A program made the position numbers and the translations under genes. A stretch of 64,000 nucleotides of DNA from a virus (Duplodnaviria > Caudoviricetes). Positions 1 through 11,600 of the stretch are shown piece after piece (the stretch's first letter is position 1; each line of letters starts with the position of its first letter). The DNA lies in the IMG/VR virus record IMGVR_UViG_3300033073_000738, positions 57,015-121,014 of that record; one strand, 5' to 3'. The notes below the pieces were generated by a model, which did no database searches, was not told the origin of the DNA, and saw only the letters and a program-made list of their open reading frames with translations.

Positions 1-3000
1 TATACCATTTGTTATAGCGTTCTGTTTTCTTTCCTCAATACTTTGAATGATGTTCAATGTATTGGCATCACTCATGTTGCTGTTGATCTGCTTTCTGAAT
101 TCCTTATACTTACTATATTGTTCGTCACTGATTTCTATGGTCTTATTAAAACCAAACTCATTCAGGATATCATCTACAGTGTTGATGGACTTGTCTGCAA
201 GAACGTCTCTTACCTTTTCTTCGGCCACTTTATAGACATCACTTGACTTACCGCCCTCATTTGAGTCTTCATATAGATTCAAAATGAGTTCCTGTAACTC
301 TTTCTCATTTGCCTTATCTCGTGGGTTTTTTACATATTTCTCAGCAGCCTTGTTAATCTGAAGAGCAAAGATTCTCGACACACCCAGATTAATCAGCTCA
401 CTGGCTGTACTAAGTTGATTACGACTATACTTTTTAAGGTCATCATCACCAATGGTACCACTCGCAATCATGTTATCTATTGCCTCAGACTGACCAAAAG
501 TTGCATCAACATCAATAGGTACCTTTCTGTTTCGTTTGTTTACAGTGGTGCTAAAGTCCCTTTTGATCTCTGTGGCTAATACAAATTCTCCACGGAGGCT
601 ATTCAAATCAGCAGCTTTCTGTTTGAAATTCTCAAGCCTTGTCTTGATAATCTCTATATATCTTTCCCTGTCTTTGATGTATTGGTCTAACAAAGGACTA
701 CCGCTGCCAGCTACACTGGTCATGCGTTTTTTCAGTTCATCAACCCTTTTGTCAATAGCTTTACGATATGCGCTCTCAAAATAAGCTATCACCTCATCTT
801 TAAACGAAGGGTCAAGCTCCATGTCCAATACTTCAAATATCTTCTCAACAGCGTCAGTAATTAACAAGTTGGGCTTGTTGAATACGCTGTCGATAAACAA
901 CTTGATCTTCTTTGCATCCTTTGATATCTCCCTTCTCTCTAGTTCTTTGACGGCTTTACTTAACTTCTCTTTTAATGGCACTTTATATTTAGACTGCACA
1001 CCTGGCTCAAGCTGATTGATTAACAGTTGCATCTTAAGCCACAAAGCTTCTACAGCTTTTCTTGTCGCATCAGGAGAAGAAAGCAAAGCATTCATCTCAC
1101 TTATCAGATCGTTATACTGATTGACAAATTCACGTGAGGTTTCAGAAAGTGGTTTGCTTTCGTTACCACCTTGCTGGTTCTTTTTGTTACGTTCTGTCAA
1201 CTTGTTGACTATCTCATCAGCTTGTTTATCATCTATCTGACCACTGAGAATACCTTCCTCAAGCTTCTTCTCTATATCTGATTGAGGGACACCATCAGCA
1301 ATATCCTTAAGAATACTCTGAAAGAAGTTGACTTTAGAACCTCCACCGCTTTGTCCTCGTTGATTACCACCCGGACTACTACCAGGTTGTTTACCATCTA
1401 GATCAGCTAATTCTGCATCATACAAAACTTCCCCTTTTTTAGCAAGAATTTTTCCAGTTCCATATTCTTTTACCTCATCTTGAGAAATAACTTGTTTTAT
1501 AATATCAATACTAACATATCCTTCAGGAGTTAGTACTTCATTACTCATTAATGTTTCAATTCTAGTAGTAGTTTTACTACCATCAATTAAAACAATTATG
1601 GGATTTACAGCCTTTTGAAGAGCAGCTCTAATTAATGATCTCCTTCTTTCTATATCAGACAATGGTGTAGTTGCTGTAGATTGTTTACCATCAAATGCAG
1701 CTAACTTTGCATCAATTTCATTCTTAATTTTATCAGCAAGAATCTGACTATAAGACTTGTTTTTACCATTGATTACTTCATCTTTTCCAATTGAAGAATC
1801 TAATAGCTTATCTCCATAGAATTCTTTAGCTACTTCTAAAGCTAATTTTGCATCAGCTTCAGTATAACCATGCATCACAACCTGGTCACTTAATGCAGGA
1901 CCTTGAGCTTCCAGATCTTGAAATATCTTAACTCCCCCATTATAACCCCTCTCTTGAAGTTTCACCATAAATTCTTTAAGAACTTCTGGCGAAAAATCAT
2001 TCAGGTCTTTTAGAGAAAAATAGCTTTTATGCGTAACGCTATCATTATCATTTGTACCGTTGTTAATAGAGAAGAACAACCAAGAATTTGAATCCTTTGT
2101 GCCGGATAAGAGTCTTACATTTTTAGCAAGATATCTTTCTACTTGTGGTTTGTCCACAATAGACATCATTGCATTATAAAAACTATCAAATGCTTTCTTA
2201 GACTCCTCTGACAAAGAAGCTCTGTCAGCCTTCATCATCTCTGTTATCTCTTGAACACTTGTAGCGTTTCTATGTTTTACATTAGCTCTTAATTGACTAT
2301 CATCTATTTTTAGATAGTTCTTTATTGCATAATCTGCATACTCTTCCCTTGATAGCTTGGATAAATCAACACCTTCTTTCTTGGCTATTGCAGCAAGTTC
2401 ATAAGAAGCACTCCACCCTGTTAACTTTCTCCTTTTCTCTATTTCTGCTTTGAATGCAGGGTCATTCTCATTAATTATACTTGAGCTTGTAGGTTGTTCT
2501 TCTTCATCATTCTTCTCAGTTGTTTCTTCTGTCTTCTCTTCTGTTTTCTCTTCTTCTTCTTTGCCTACAACAGGCTCACCAAACTCTGCTTCATACAGCT
2601 GGTCCAGAATGTTATATATCAAATCTGTATCTTGGGCTACAGAAGCATCTTCCAACTCTTTGATAAGAGCACTGTGCTTGAAACGAAAATCAATATCGTT
2701 AAGAATAAGAGGCCAAAGTTTGTCATAGTTACTATTCTTCTCTTCCCTGTGTTTGAGCAATTTCTGATAAGCTTCTCCCATCAGTTTTGAATGTTCTAGA
2801 TGAAGATTCAAAAAGTTCTCTGGGTCAGCCAGGTAATTAAGATTCTTAATAGTAGTGCGCTGGTCTTTGTCCAGTCTATACAAATCACTCAGATCATTAA
2901 AAGCATCACGTAACTTATCTGCTTCCAAAGGCGGCAACAAAGCTTGCTCTTGGAACATATTCAGATAGTCAACAAATACTTTAGATGGTGTAGCCGGTGC

Positions 3001-5511
3001 AGATATTTGACCAGGTTCTATTTTTGTAGAAAGCTCTGCCCTCCATTTAGTTAATAGTTCCTGACGTTTCTTGTAGCTCTTGAGTTGATCACGCTGTTCA
3101 GGCGAGAGAACATCAGCACTACTCAACATTCTAATATTATCCTTAATGAGATTGAGCTCTCTCACTACAAACTCATCGTTTGTAAGAGTGTAGAAAGCAG
3201 GGTAAGACTGTGCACCTAAGTTCTCCTGGTTCTTAGAAAGAATATCCTTATAACGAGTGACAATGTCTTTGTGTGTATCCCGCATGAACACATAGTCTTC
3301 AAGAGCTTTGTTCCATGACAGATAACCAAACTCAGCTTTAATTCTCTCGTTAGTACCCTCTTTATATTGCTTGTAGTTATAAGGGTTGGGCATTCTACGA
3401 GATACATCATCTAGCTCCTTTACAAAATCTTTAGCTTTTGTTTTAAGAGAAGATACATAGTCAGCTGAAGCTTTTCTACCTAAACTATCTGCCTCAAATC
3501 CGTATGCTTCTTTAAACTCTTCATCAGTGAGATCTTTAGAAGACTGTTCCAACATGTCTAACATTGCATCAAGCTTACCGGCTTTATGTGCAGTCATGAC
3601 AAACTCTTGGAAAGCTTTGCGTTCAAGATTCTTAAAAGCATATGGATTACGTTCCATAGCTGCTCTCTTGAAACCTTCTGCTATCTCATTCTGATTTACG
3701 TATCCTTCAAGATTCCTATTGAATACTTGCATAGGACTATTAGCCCACTTGTTCAAAGAGTTAACAGTCTCCTGTAGCTTTTGCTCACGAGCTGCGTATT
3801 CTTTAGAATATATCTTTCTTTGGGCTAACCCAATACCTCTGTTCATCACTACAGAAGGAACACCAATGATAAATCCAGAAACGAATGTATCTAATCCTTC
3901 TAGACTCATTTGCTTACCCAAAGCTTTGCTCATAGCTTTACGGGATATACCCATCAAGTGACCCCAGTCATTACGAGCTTCTTCTGTAAGTGTAGCTTTC
4001 TGTTCGTAATAGCTTTGCCAATAGTCATGAGAAATACCCTGGGCATTTTCTTGAATACCCTCCCATGCAGAGTCTGCACCCCAACGGAACATATTGTTAC
4101 CCTTGCCTTTGAACCATTCTGCAGAAAACATCTTTACTTCAGATGCTTTCATAAATGGATCTTTGACCATTTTACTTCCGGCTTGTGCAGCCATTTTCTC
4201 TGTTTCTTTAGCAGCTTTCTTTTTAAAATACTTTGTCAACAGACTTTCTCCTGAAGACTTAGCAGAACGCATTATGATGTCATCTGCAATTGTACCTGCC
4301 TCTGCAGCTATTGCTTTAGACAGACCAAACCCGGAACGCAAAACGTTCCCCATGTTCAAACGATTCATTGCCAATAGAAGAGCAACGTTTGTAATACCGT
4401 TTGCATTGGAAACTTTCAGAGCATCTTCTTCTACAGCTTTACGCTCATCATCGTTCATATCTCTACCGTACTTCTCAAAGAACTCAAGCTCTTTGCCTTC
4501 TACATAGTCGGCATAACTTTGGGCACGTTCAAAACGAGCTTCAGATGCAGCAAAGTTGTATTCTTTAGTAGCCTTATAGAAATTGCCAAATGCTTTAATA
4601 GGACTTGTCTTACGCAGGTCGTTAAAAGTGTTGAACATCTTGGCAATCTTACTACTATCCAAATAAGCATTCTCAAACTTCATGATGTTCTTGAACGCTT
4701 TGTTCATTGTATACAGCTTCTCTAACGTGCCGGCAGTCTTTACAGCGCGTCGTGTGAGATTACCTATCTCTGCAAGAATAGATCCACCTACAGTACCTGG
4801 TGCTGTCAGTGCAGTGACTGCAGTCTCAAGAGCTGTTTGCTCTAAGAACTGAGCAGTTGTACCCAGGGTAAAACCAAATTGTTGTAAACCTCTAGAGAAC
4901 TTACCCATGTTAAAAGACCCCTCACGTTGCTCTTGAGTAAGAGGAACATAGTGGCTATTATTCACCTCATTAGATAACTCATTGAGTTTCAATAAGTCAT
5001 CTTTATCCATGGTGAGTGATAGAGCTTTATTAAGATCACCTTGTACTAACCCGGCCCACATATCAGCTTCTGACTTCCAGGCTTCGTTGTGTGCTATACC
5101 AGCTAGAGGGAGAATACCTTTTATACCTTGCCACAATTGACCAGACTTACCCAGTTCACGGGCATAGAGATCCTCGTTATCCCTATAAGGAATAAAACCT
5201 TCTGTTCTATACAGTGTGTCTTTGAAACTGTTATAGAGAGGGTCGAAGCCCGACTCTCTTGCATTAAACTTAATAGGAGTAAAAGCTTGTACTTCAGCTC
5301 GATTAGTAGGCACTTTAGAAAGCTGTCCCCTGATATAACTATCATAGTTAAAACTTCCACCTCCAGTTGCATTACCTGTTAGACCTGAAGAATAGCTGTT
5401 GAAGTCCACCTGAGGCATAGGCTCAGCTGGTATATAAGAAGGTAGCTGTTCAGGTGTCTGTATTTCCCCAGGTGCGTAAACGTTTTCTTGGGTGAGAATA
5501 GGGTCGGCCAT
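1..5511 (-). CDS. Giant virion/ejection (cargo) protein, N-terminal ~1837 codons, truncated by the window edge; position typical of crAss-like giant virion proteins that often include the virion RNA polymerase
   Basis: ATG at 5511 (MADPILTQEN...). No stop in the segments I translated (1-120, 1381-1440, 1621-2460); the ORF track lists nothing in this frame, consistent with no stop before the edge. Follows three large ejection genes. No RNAP DxDxD motif seen in the translated parts. Confidence 0.8.
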   Translation of the reverse strand, partial: MADPILTQENVYAPGEIQTPEQLPSYIPAEPMPQVDFNSYSSGLTGNATGGGSFNYDSYIRGQLSKVPTNRAEVQAFTPIKFNARESGFDPLYNSFKDTLYRTEGFIPYRDNEDLYARELGKSGQLWQGIKGILPLAGIAHNEAWKSEADMWAGLVQGDLNKALSLTMDKDDLLKLNELSNEVNNSHYVPLTQEQREGSFNMGKFSRGLQQFGFTLGTTAQFLEQTALETAVTALTAPGTVGGSILAEIGNLTRRAVKTAGTLEKLYTMNKAFKNIMKFENAYLDSSKIAKMFNTFNDLRKTSPIKAFGNFYKATKEYNFAASEARFERAQSYADYVEGKELEFFEKYGRDMNDDERKAVEEDALKVSNANGITNVALLLAMNRLNMGNVLRSGFGLSKAIAAEAGTIADDIIMRSAKSSGESLLTKYFKKKAAKETEKMAAQAGSKMVKDPFMKASEVKMFSAEWFKGKGNNMFRWGADSAWEGIQENAQGISHDYWQSYYEQKATLTEEARNDWGHLMGISRKAMSKALGKQMSLEGLDTFVSGFIIGVPSVVMNRGIGLAQRKIYSKEYAAREQKLQETVNSLNKWANSPMQVFNRNLEGYVNQNEIAEGFKRAAMERNPYAFKNLERKAFQEFVMTAHKAGKLDAMLDMLEQSSKDLTDEEFKEAYGFEADSLGRKASADYVSSLKTKAKDFVKELDDVSRRMPNPYNYKQYKEGTNERIKAEFGYLSWNKALEDYVFMRDTHKDIVTRYKDILSKNQENLGAQSYPAFYTLTNDEFVVRELNLIKDNIRMLSSADVLSPEQRDQLKSYKKRQELLTKWRAELSTKIEPGQISAPATPSKVFVDYLNMFQEQALLPPLEADKLRDAFNDLSDLYRLDKDQRTTIKNLNYLADPENFLNLHLEHSKLMGEAYQKLLKHREEKNSNYDKLWPLILNDIDFRFKHSALIKELEDASVAQDTDLIYNILDQLYEAEFGEPVVGKEEEEKTEEKTEETTEKNDEEEQPTSSSIINENDPAFKAEIEKRRKLTGWSASYELAAIAKKEGVDLSKLSREEYADYAIKNYLKIDDSQLRANVKHRNATSVQEITEMMKADRASLSEESKKAFDSFYNAMMSIVDKPQVERYLAKNVRLLSGTKDSNSWLFFSINNGTNDNDSVTHKSYFSLKDLNDFSPEVLKEFMVKLQERGYNGGVKIFQDLEAQGPALSDQVVMHGYTEADAKLALEVAKEFYGDKLLDSSIGKDEVINGKNKSYSQILADKIKNEIDAKLAAFDGKQSTATTPLSDIERRRSLIRAALQKAVNPIIVLIDGSKTTTRIETLMSNEVLTPEGYVSIDIIKQVISQDEVKEYGTGKILAKKGEVLYDAELADLDGKQPGSSPGGNQRGQSGGGSKVNFFQSILKDIADGVPQSDIEKKLEEGILSGQIDDKQADEIVNKLTERNKKNQQGGNESKPLSETSREFVNQYNDLISEMNALLSSPDATRKAVEALWLKMQLLINQLEPGVQSKYKVPLKEKLSKAVKELERREISKDAKKIKLFIDSVFNKPNLLITDAVEKIFEVLDMELDPSFKDEVIAYFESAYRKAIDKRVDELKKRMTSVAGSGSPLLDQYIKDRERYIEIIKTRLENFKQKAADLNSLRGEFVLATEIKRDFSTTVNKRNRKVPIDVDATFGQSEAIDNMIASGTIGDDDLKKYSRNQLSTASELINLGVSRIFALQINKAAEKYVKNPRDKANEKELQELILNLYEDSNEGGKSSDVYKVAEEKVRDVLADKSINTVDDILNEFGFNKTIEISDEQYSKYKEFRKQINSNMSDANTLNIIQSIEERKQNAITNGI

Positions 5512-5520
5512 GAAATTAAA

Positions 5521-8500
5521 TTAGTTGATGTTAATACCTTGCTTTTTCAGCTGTTCCTTCATACGTACTATAGAAGTCATAGCTTCTGGGTTAGCCTGTA
5601 CGTTAGCTTTGCGAGTCTGCTGATTCATCTCACTTACATGATATAGACTTCCATACATTACACGTAAGAGCTCATCTACATCTGTGCTTTCATCATGGTT
5701 TGTAATAGTAGTCGGTGTCTTTACAAACTCTTTAGTTTTAGGATCAAGTGTATAAACATAACTGGACACCTGGAATCCACCACCAGCAGGTAAGTGTTTA
5801 ATACTGAACTTACCCATCTTTAAATTATCCAAATAGTCAGGGCTCGAATAAGGAGCATCTCTAACCAATGTAGCAATAGGACTAAGTCCTGTAAAAATAT
5901 CACCAGGCTGCATACCAGGAGGTGCAGCCACTTTAAAAGTCTTCATGAATTTATCTACTGCAGCGTTCATATCTACATCTTCGTTAAGCTTGTCCAAACT
6001 TAAACCAAGAGATTCAGCAATAGTCTTTTTGTCAATAACAGGTTTATAAACAGGTCTACCGGCTTCTGTGTCGTAAGCATAAACGTCCAATGAGAAACCA
6101 TCTTTCTTTGAAGACATGTTAGGAAGATTACTTGCAACAGAACGCACAACTTTCATGAAACTACTGTCTTCTTTTAGATCAGCTTGACTGACTCCATAGA
6201 ATGAATTGTATCTGTTATTAAAATTGTCATCGCTAAACAACTGTGCCATAGCTACCTCAGCAGGTTCTGACAGACTTTTCTCGTTTCTTGCTGTATACCT
6301 TACAACACCATAGTTGAACATGTCATTTTTACGTTGAAAGTCAGGTGTGCTAAACTGCAAAGAAGGAGCCAGTCGTTCAAAGTCTTTATTATAATCTGCT
6401 CTCAATTCCTCAAGCTTTTGAAGCATTGGTTGGTTAATCATCTGACTCACCTCATTAACCTTACCATCTTTCAAACTAGTCATTAGGTTTGGTGAAGAAG
6501 AAAGGTGATTATATATCTTACCGTTTATATTGATTGTACTTGTGTATGTTCTTCCTGTTGTTCCAGAACCCAGAACATAAACACCATTATCTGACTCAGT
6601 ATTGATAGACCTTCTATTAAGAAGAATGTCAGAAACTTTTACGTTCTCCATTTGTCCATCTTGATTCCTCATAGGGATAGTAATTTCCCCCACTAACTCA
6701 TCTGCAGTGCCGATACGCAAATGACCATTTTCATTTACAGTATACCCTTTATACTTGTCCTGAGCTAAGATCTTCTCATCTACTTTTTTGGCATCAGCTT
6801 GCAGACCTCTGTATATATCGCCCATTGCGATTAGATTCTTAATATCTTCTGTCATACCACCCATGGCTTGTACATCAGCTTTATGCTCCTCAGTGGCCAT
6901 GTAGTCAACAGTATTCTTCTTAATAAAATCCAATACTTCTTTGTATGTCCAGTTATAGGTTCTACCTGGTTCCAGTTTTAACTGACCCTTATCAATAGCA
7001 TCCTTAAATATCTTATACTCCGGTGACTGATCATTCTTAGAAAAAAATGCTTTATCACCCATACCAGCTTTTACACCTTCATATAACTTATTTACAAAAG
7101 GAAGATTTATCTTGTTATTCAAAGTAGTTTCAAATACACGTATTGCTGCATCCCCTGCTATCTCATCTACTTTCTGATACATGTTTTTCCACTCTTCAGC
7201 TTTGGTCATCTTCATATTACTTTGAGGACCTCTGCCCATATAAAGAGGCGTGTCATCAACAGCTTCCCCTTTTGCTATTGCAGCTTTGCGAGCAGCTGTA
7301 CGAGCTTTTAAGTCAGCTATCTCCATTTTAGTATCGTTGTTCATATCAGCAACTTCCATACGAGCTTGAATACCCATACGAGCTGTCATTACATCCTGGA
7401 TACCTTTCCAAGCTGCATCTGCTTCTGACTTATGACTGTTCAAGAAGTTAGCCCTACTCTTAGCCCAACTACTTGCATATTGACCTACAATGGTGCTAGT
7501 ATAAGCTTCGTTGTACCCCTCAGATGTAGAATACAAATCAGAGTGTTTTTGATATACCTCTGAGTTCTTATCTTTCAAACCGGCTAATAGATCTGAGCTC
7601 TCCTTAAGTTTTGTCTTATAGCCAGCAATAGCTTCTGTATACTGTTTGATAATCTCTTCGTCATCAGCACTTAGACCCGCGCCGGTTGCTTCACGTTGAG
7701 CAACTATTGTACGTATCTTGGATTCAGCATCACCAATTGCAGAAGAGTATTCAGGTATTACTCCTTTCTCAAGAGACTCTTTTCTCTGCCTGATGATATC
7801 ATCGGCAACCATTTGTCTAGCTGCTGCTTTATCTCCGTTTGTTTGCTCTAAAGCTATTTCAAAAGAAGAGTGACCTTGTAATCTACCCATCATTTGTAGA
7901 TAAGCCCTGGCATCTGTACTAAGAGAACTTGTAAAGAAGTCAGTAAGAGGTAGTACACTTTCTTTGCCGTACATGTCTACCAGCTTATAACCACCGCCAT
8001 TGGGACTTTCTCTAACTTGTGCATTGGTAATACCCAGGTCTTTGATCATCTGGTCCATTTCCTTTGCTATATCAACCTTCTTTACATAGTTTCTGACATT
8101 CAATTTATCCAGCTCCTCGGGTGTGGAATTCTTGATATCACTGTTAAGATTGTTCAAATCCTGTATAGAAAATGGATTGTATTGTGCCCTCACCTTTTCG
8201 TCAGTGGAAGTACGCATCTGTTCACCAAATGCAATCTCACTTTGAGTCTTCTTTACAAGACCTATTTCTTTTACAAGACGTCCATCTTCCCAAAAGGGTT
8301 TGAAGACGTCATTTGCCATCTGTTGATTCTGAGGAAGAGATAAGTCTACAGTGGATAGATGTTGAATAGCCTGGTCAGCTTGTTTTAAAAACTGTTGACG
8401 TTTAGCCTCTCCATGACTAGAAAGCAATGGAGCATCAAGAATTCCACGATACATGGAATTAGCTTGACTCCAAGCTTGGTCATACCTGTTTTGCTTTAAA

Positions 8501-8589
8501 CGTAGTATATCCCCTATCGCTTCTATAGGTGGTGTGTATAGCTCGGTAGGAACGAAAGCTTCTTTAGCTGATACAAGATAACTTGGCAT
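5521..8589 (-). CDS. Large helical ejection/internal virion protein
   Basis: 1022 aa, helical/coiled-coil character; lies between the muzzle and the giant gene as in crAss-like cargo proteins; has its own promoter motif upstream. Confidence 0.65.
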   Translation of the reverse strand: MPSYLVSAKEAFVPTELYTPPIEAIGDILRLKQNRYDQAWSQANSMYRGILDAPLLSSHGEAKRQQFLKQADQAIQHLSTVDLSLPQNQQMANDVFKPFWEDGRLVKEIGLVKKTQSEIAFGEQMRTSTDEKVRAQYNPFSIQDLNNLNSDIKNSTPEELDKLNVRNYVKKVDIAKEMDQMIKDLGITNAQVRESPNGGGYKLVDMYGKESVLPLTDFFTSSLSTDARAYLQMMGRLQGHSSFEIALEQTNGDKAAARQMVADDIIRQRKESLEKGVIPEYSSAIGDAESKIRTIVAQREATGAGLSADDEEIIKQYTEAIAGYKTKLKESSDLLAGLKDKNSEVYQKHSDLYSTSEGYNEAYTSTIVGQYASSWAKSRANFLNSHKSEADAAWKGIQDVMTARMGIQARMEVADMNNDTKMEIADLKARTAARKAAIAKGEAVDDTPLYMGRGPQSNMKMTKAEEWKNMYQKVDEIAGDAAIRVFETTLNNKINLPFVNKLYEGVKAGMGDKAFFSKNDQSPEYKIFKDAIDKGQLKLEPGRTYNWTYKEVLDFIKKNTVDYMATEEHKADVQAMGGMTEDIKNLIAMGDIYRGLQADAKKVDEKILAQDKYKGYTVNENGHLRIGTADELVGEITIPMRNQDGQMENVKVSDILLNRRSINTESDNGVYVLGSGTTGRTYTSTININGKIYNHLSSSPNLMTSLKDGKVNEVSQMINQPMLQKLEELRADYNKDFERLAPSLQFSTPDFQRKNDMFNYGVVRYTARNEKSLSEPAEVAMAQLFSDDNFNNRYNSFYGVSQADLKEDSSFMKVVRSVASNLPNMSSKKDGFSLDVYAYDTEAGRPVYKPVIDKKTIAESLGLSLDKLNEDVDMNAAVDKFMKTFKVAAPPGMQPGDIFTGLSPIATLVRDAPYSSPDYLDNLKMGKFSIKHLPAGGGFQVSSYVYTLDPKTKEFVKTPTTITNHDESTDVDELLRVMYGSLYHVSEMNQQTRKANVQANPEAMTSIVRMKEQLKKQGININ

Positions 8590-8605
8590 ATTTCACAAGG
8601 GGGAT

Positions 8606-8621
8606 TACATTAATAATATAC
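8606..8621 (-). promoter_or_regulatory. Late promoter motif GTATATTATTAATGTA
   Basis: Identical 16-mer at 22987-23002; related copies upstream of four other minus-strand genes. Inverted repeat AAAGGTTTA/TAAACCTTT at 8634-8663. Confidence 0.7.
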
Positions 8622-8668
8622 TTAAAAAATCCTAAAGGTTTACCCTGCCATGGATAAACCTTTGAGGT

Positions 8669-11600
8669 TTATTGACCATAATCCATAGCTTCACTGAACC
8701 ATGGACTTGTCATATTAGATTGAAGATTAGCACCGGACCTCATCAGCATATTTCTTTGTTGACTGAGGTATCTCTGATATGCGTTCTCAACATCCATTTG
8801 CAACTTAGGATCGCTAGAAGCGTAAGCACTTGCATAACCCTTATTGTTCTTTAGAAACTCTTCCTTGGACATCATCATTGAATTATAACCCGTACCAGAA
8901 TAGTTAGAACCTAGAGGACGTCCTTTAGTGAAATTGAACTGATCCCACAATGGCCCAGATACAGCAAACTGAGGATACATCAAGTTGTACTTCTGCATTG
9001 TAGTTCTGTCATTCACCATTTTGCCGAAGTTCTTCATTACATCGTTGTACTTAAGATTTCTAGCAATGTCCATTTGTTCTTTGGTACGTATGTTATTGTC
9101 CCTAACCTGGTGAGCTTCTTTTGCCCTCATCAAAGAATCATTGTTGTAGATCTGATTGTTCTGTGCAAGTGTTTGATTACCTATCTGTAAATTCATACCT
9201 CTCACCCTTGCTGTTTCACCTACCAAACCTTCATTAAGTTGAGGATTGTAAGTTCCAGTGGCACGAGCTGCTTGAGCATTTGCAAACTGGTTCATATAGT
9301 CCATACGAGTGTTATTGGCTGACAGCATAGGGTCGTAGTTAGCCTCATCAAACATAGCTTGTTGACCAGTTAGATTAGGATTGATAGCTCTATCAAAATA
9401 TCCATTTACAGGTCGAGTAGCTGCCCAAAGCGTATTAGCTTTCTGTATAGCATTGTAAGGTAGATAATCATTTGGTCTACCAGGGGGAGGTGTATTAGTC
9501 TTACCCTGTGGTGGTGGTGTATTAAACTGTGGTACACCAGGTATAGTCGGTGGAGTTTTTACAGGGAAGTCTATACCTTGTCTTGTATATGGTATCTTAA
9601 CACCTTGTATAGTAGCGGGGTTGTAAAACTTAGGTGCCCTAAAATCCCACTTACCGTCTCTAAACTGATTCATCAGCTGCTCTTCAGTCAAGTTTGCTGT
9701 AGATGCATTCTGACCATAGAGCTGACGTCCTTTATTAGTTAAAGGAACTCCCTTTAGATAGTTAATCAAACGTTCACGTTTGTAAGGATCTGATTGAGCT
9801 TGTTCAACCATCCAGTTTTGCCATTCACCTATATCATTACCGCCTGTATATCCTTGGCGTTTGTAAAAATTAACAACGTCATCTACTGTTCCAAAGTCGG
9901 CGTCACTACGTTCATCATTAAGTTCTGGTGTGCGTTTTCTGTATTGACCTAGACCAGGTTGTTTATTATTGTCTTTACCTCCGCCACCACCAAATGTATA
10001 CCCACCATAAGCTGCAGTAGCTAAAGACTTATAGATATCAGGTTGTCCTTGAGGATAACCCTTAATTTGTTCCTGGCGGTCAGACAGCTGTGCAAGCATA
10101 TCGTTCTTACGTTGCATTGATATATTCATCGTGTTCTTAGTCAATGCATCAGTGTTGGGATTATCAAGAGCTTTCTTCTCCTTTGATGTATCAAACTTCT
10201 TTGATATCTCTGCATATGAATACCCAGCCTTCTTATAGGGCATTGTGAATTTCTTCAATACCTCAGCATCTTTCTCTTTAAGCTTGTGTGAAAAGATGTA
10301 AGCACCTTGTCCGTTCTTCTCAGGGTCAGGGTTCAGTTGTAGATTAGTCAACTTAGTACCGCCGCTGGATGCAGAGTGAGGGTCTCCAGATATCTTTTTG
10401 AATTCTAAAACACCGTCACCATCTACATCGCTTACATAAGTTTCTTTGTCTTCAGCCATGATAGCATATTGCTCACCATCCTGAAACTGATCTACAGGTT
10501 TCTCCGTCACTGTACTAGACATACTTTCTGTAGAGTCTTGTGGCATGTCTGCATAGATCTTACGTCTATTCAAATCAAGACCAAAGTTGGCTTGACCACC
10601 ATATGCCATTTGATTAAGAGGTGTGCTAGTGATTCTTATTTTCATACTTTGTCCGTTGTTATTTATCTCACCACCATTTGCATAAGTTGCAGTAGTTGTA
10701 CCAAAACCGTCGGTTACTAATTTGCCGGTCTTGTAGAAATTATACGCTCCTTGAGGACCAGAGAAATGCACCTTAGTCTTGATCTTATCTAACGAATCGT
10801 TTACGCCTAATTCATTCTTGATTTTAATAGCCGCCGGTGTAAGAGTATTAGCATCCCAATAGTCAAAAGCTTTTTCTTGAGCTTCAGGACTGTTAAGAAA
10901 ATCTTCTTTGCTAGTAACACCTGTCAGCTTAGATATCCATTCTTTGTGTTGACTCCATAAGAATTGATACTTACCTGCTGCAGAAGAAACAAGATGACCA
11001 TTTCTCAATGGTAGTGCTCTATAGTTACCACCGCTTTCTTTAGCTGCAATAAGCTCTTTGAAATCAGGAGAAGATTCAAACTTAGCTCCTGTAACAACAG
11101 GTGGGTTATCATCCTCTATTGGAGCTTGTTGTTGCTGTTGTTGATTCATATCACCAGCTACTGGCATAGGCATAGAAGGTGTAAACTCAGCCATTGTAGC
11201 ACCAGGTGCATACACATTGTCTACACTTAACCCTACCTCAGCTCTAAAAGGGTTGAAGTACTTTTGAGTCATCCCCTGCCAAGAGTTATAACCAGATATC
11301 TGATCAGGAATATCTTTATTACGCTGTGTACCAGATACTGCACGAATACCACGTGAAGTGACGTCAGGGCCCTGTTCTCCAAACATACCCATAGTAGATG
11401 TATTGTCCCACTGTTTACCGAGTGTTTCTCTACGGTCACGTCTGTTATTTATACCGTCTACAATGTTGCCCGCAAACTTACTGAGGTTATAAAGACTATA
11501 AGGATTACCGAACGTCCGCTTCATAGCGTTGTCAGAAATCTTATTAGCATCAGAAGCAGCTTGTTCGTCTTTAGAAGGCGGATGATATCCCCACTTTTGT

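Noticed and set aside
43-5382. Many short ORFs in the track over 1-5400
   Set aside because: Shadows of the single giant minus-strand ORF starting at 5511, which the track missed because it has no stop in the window.
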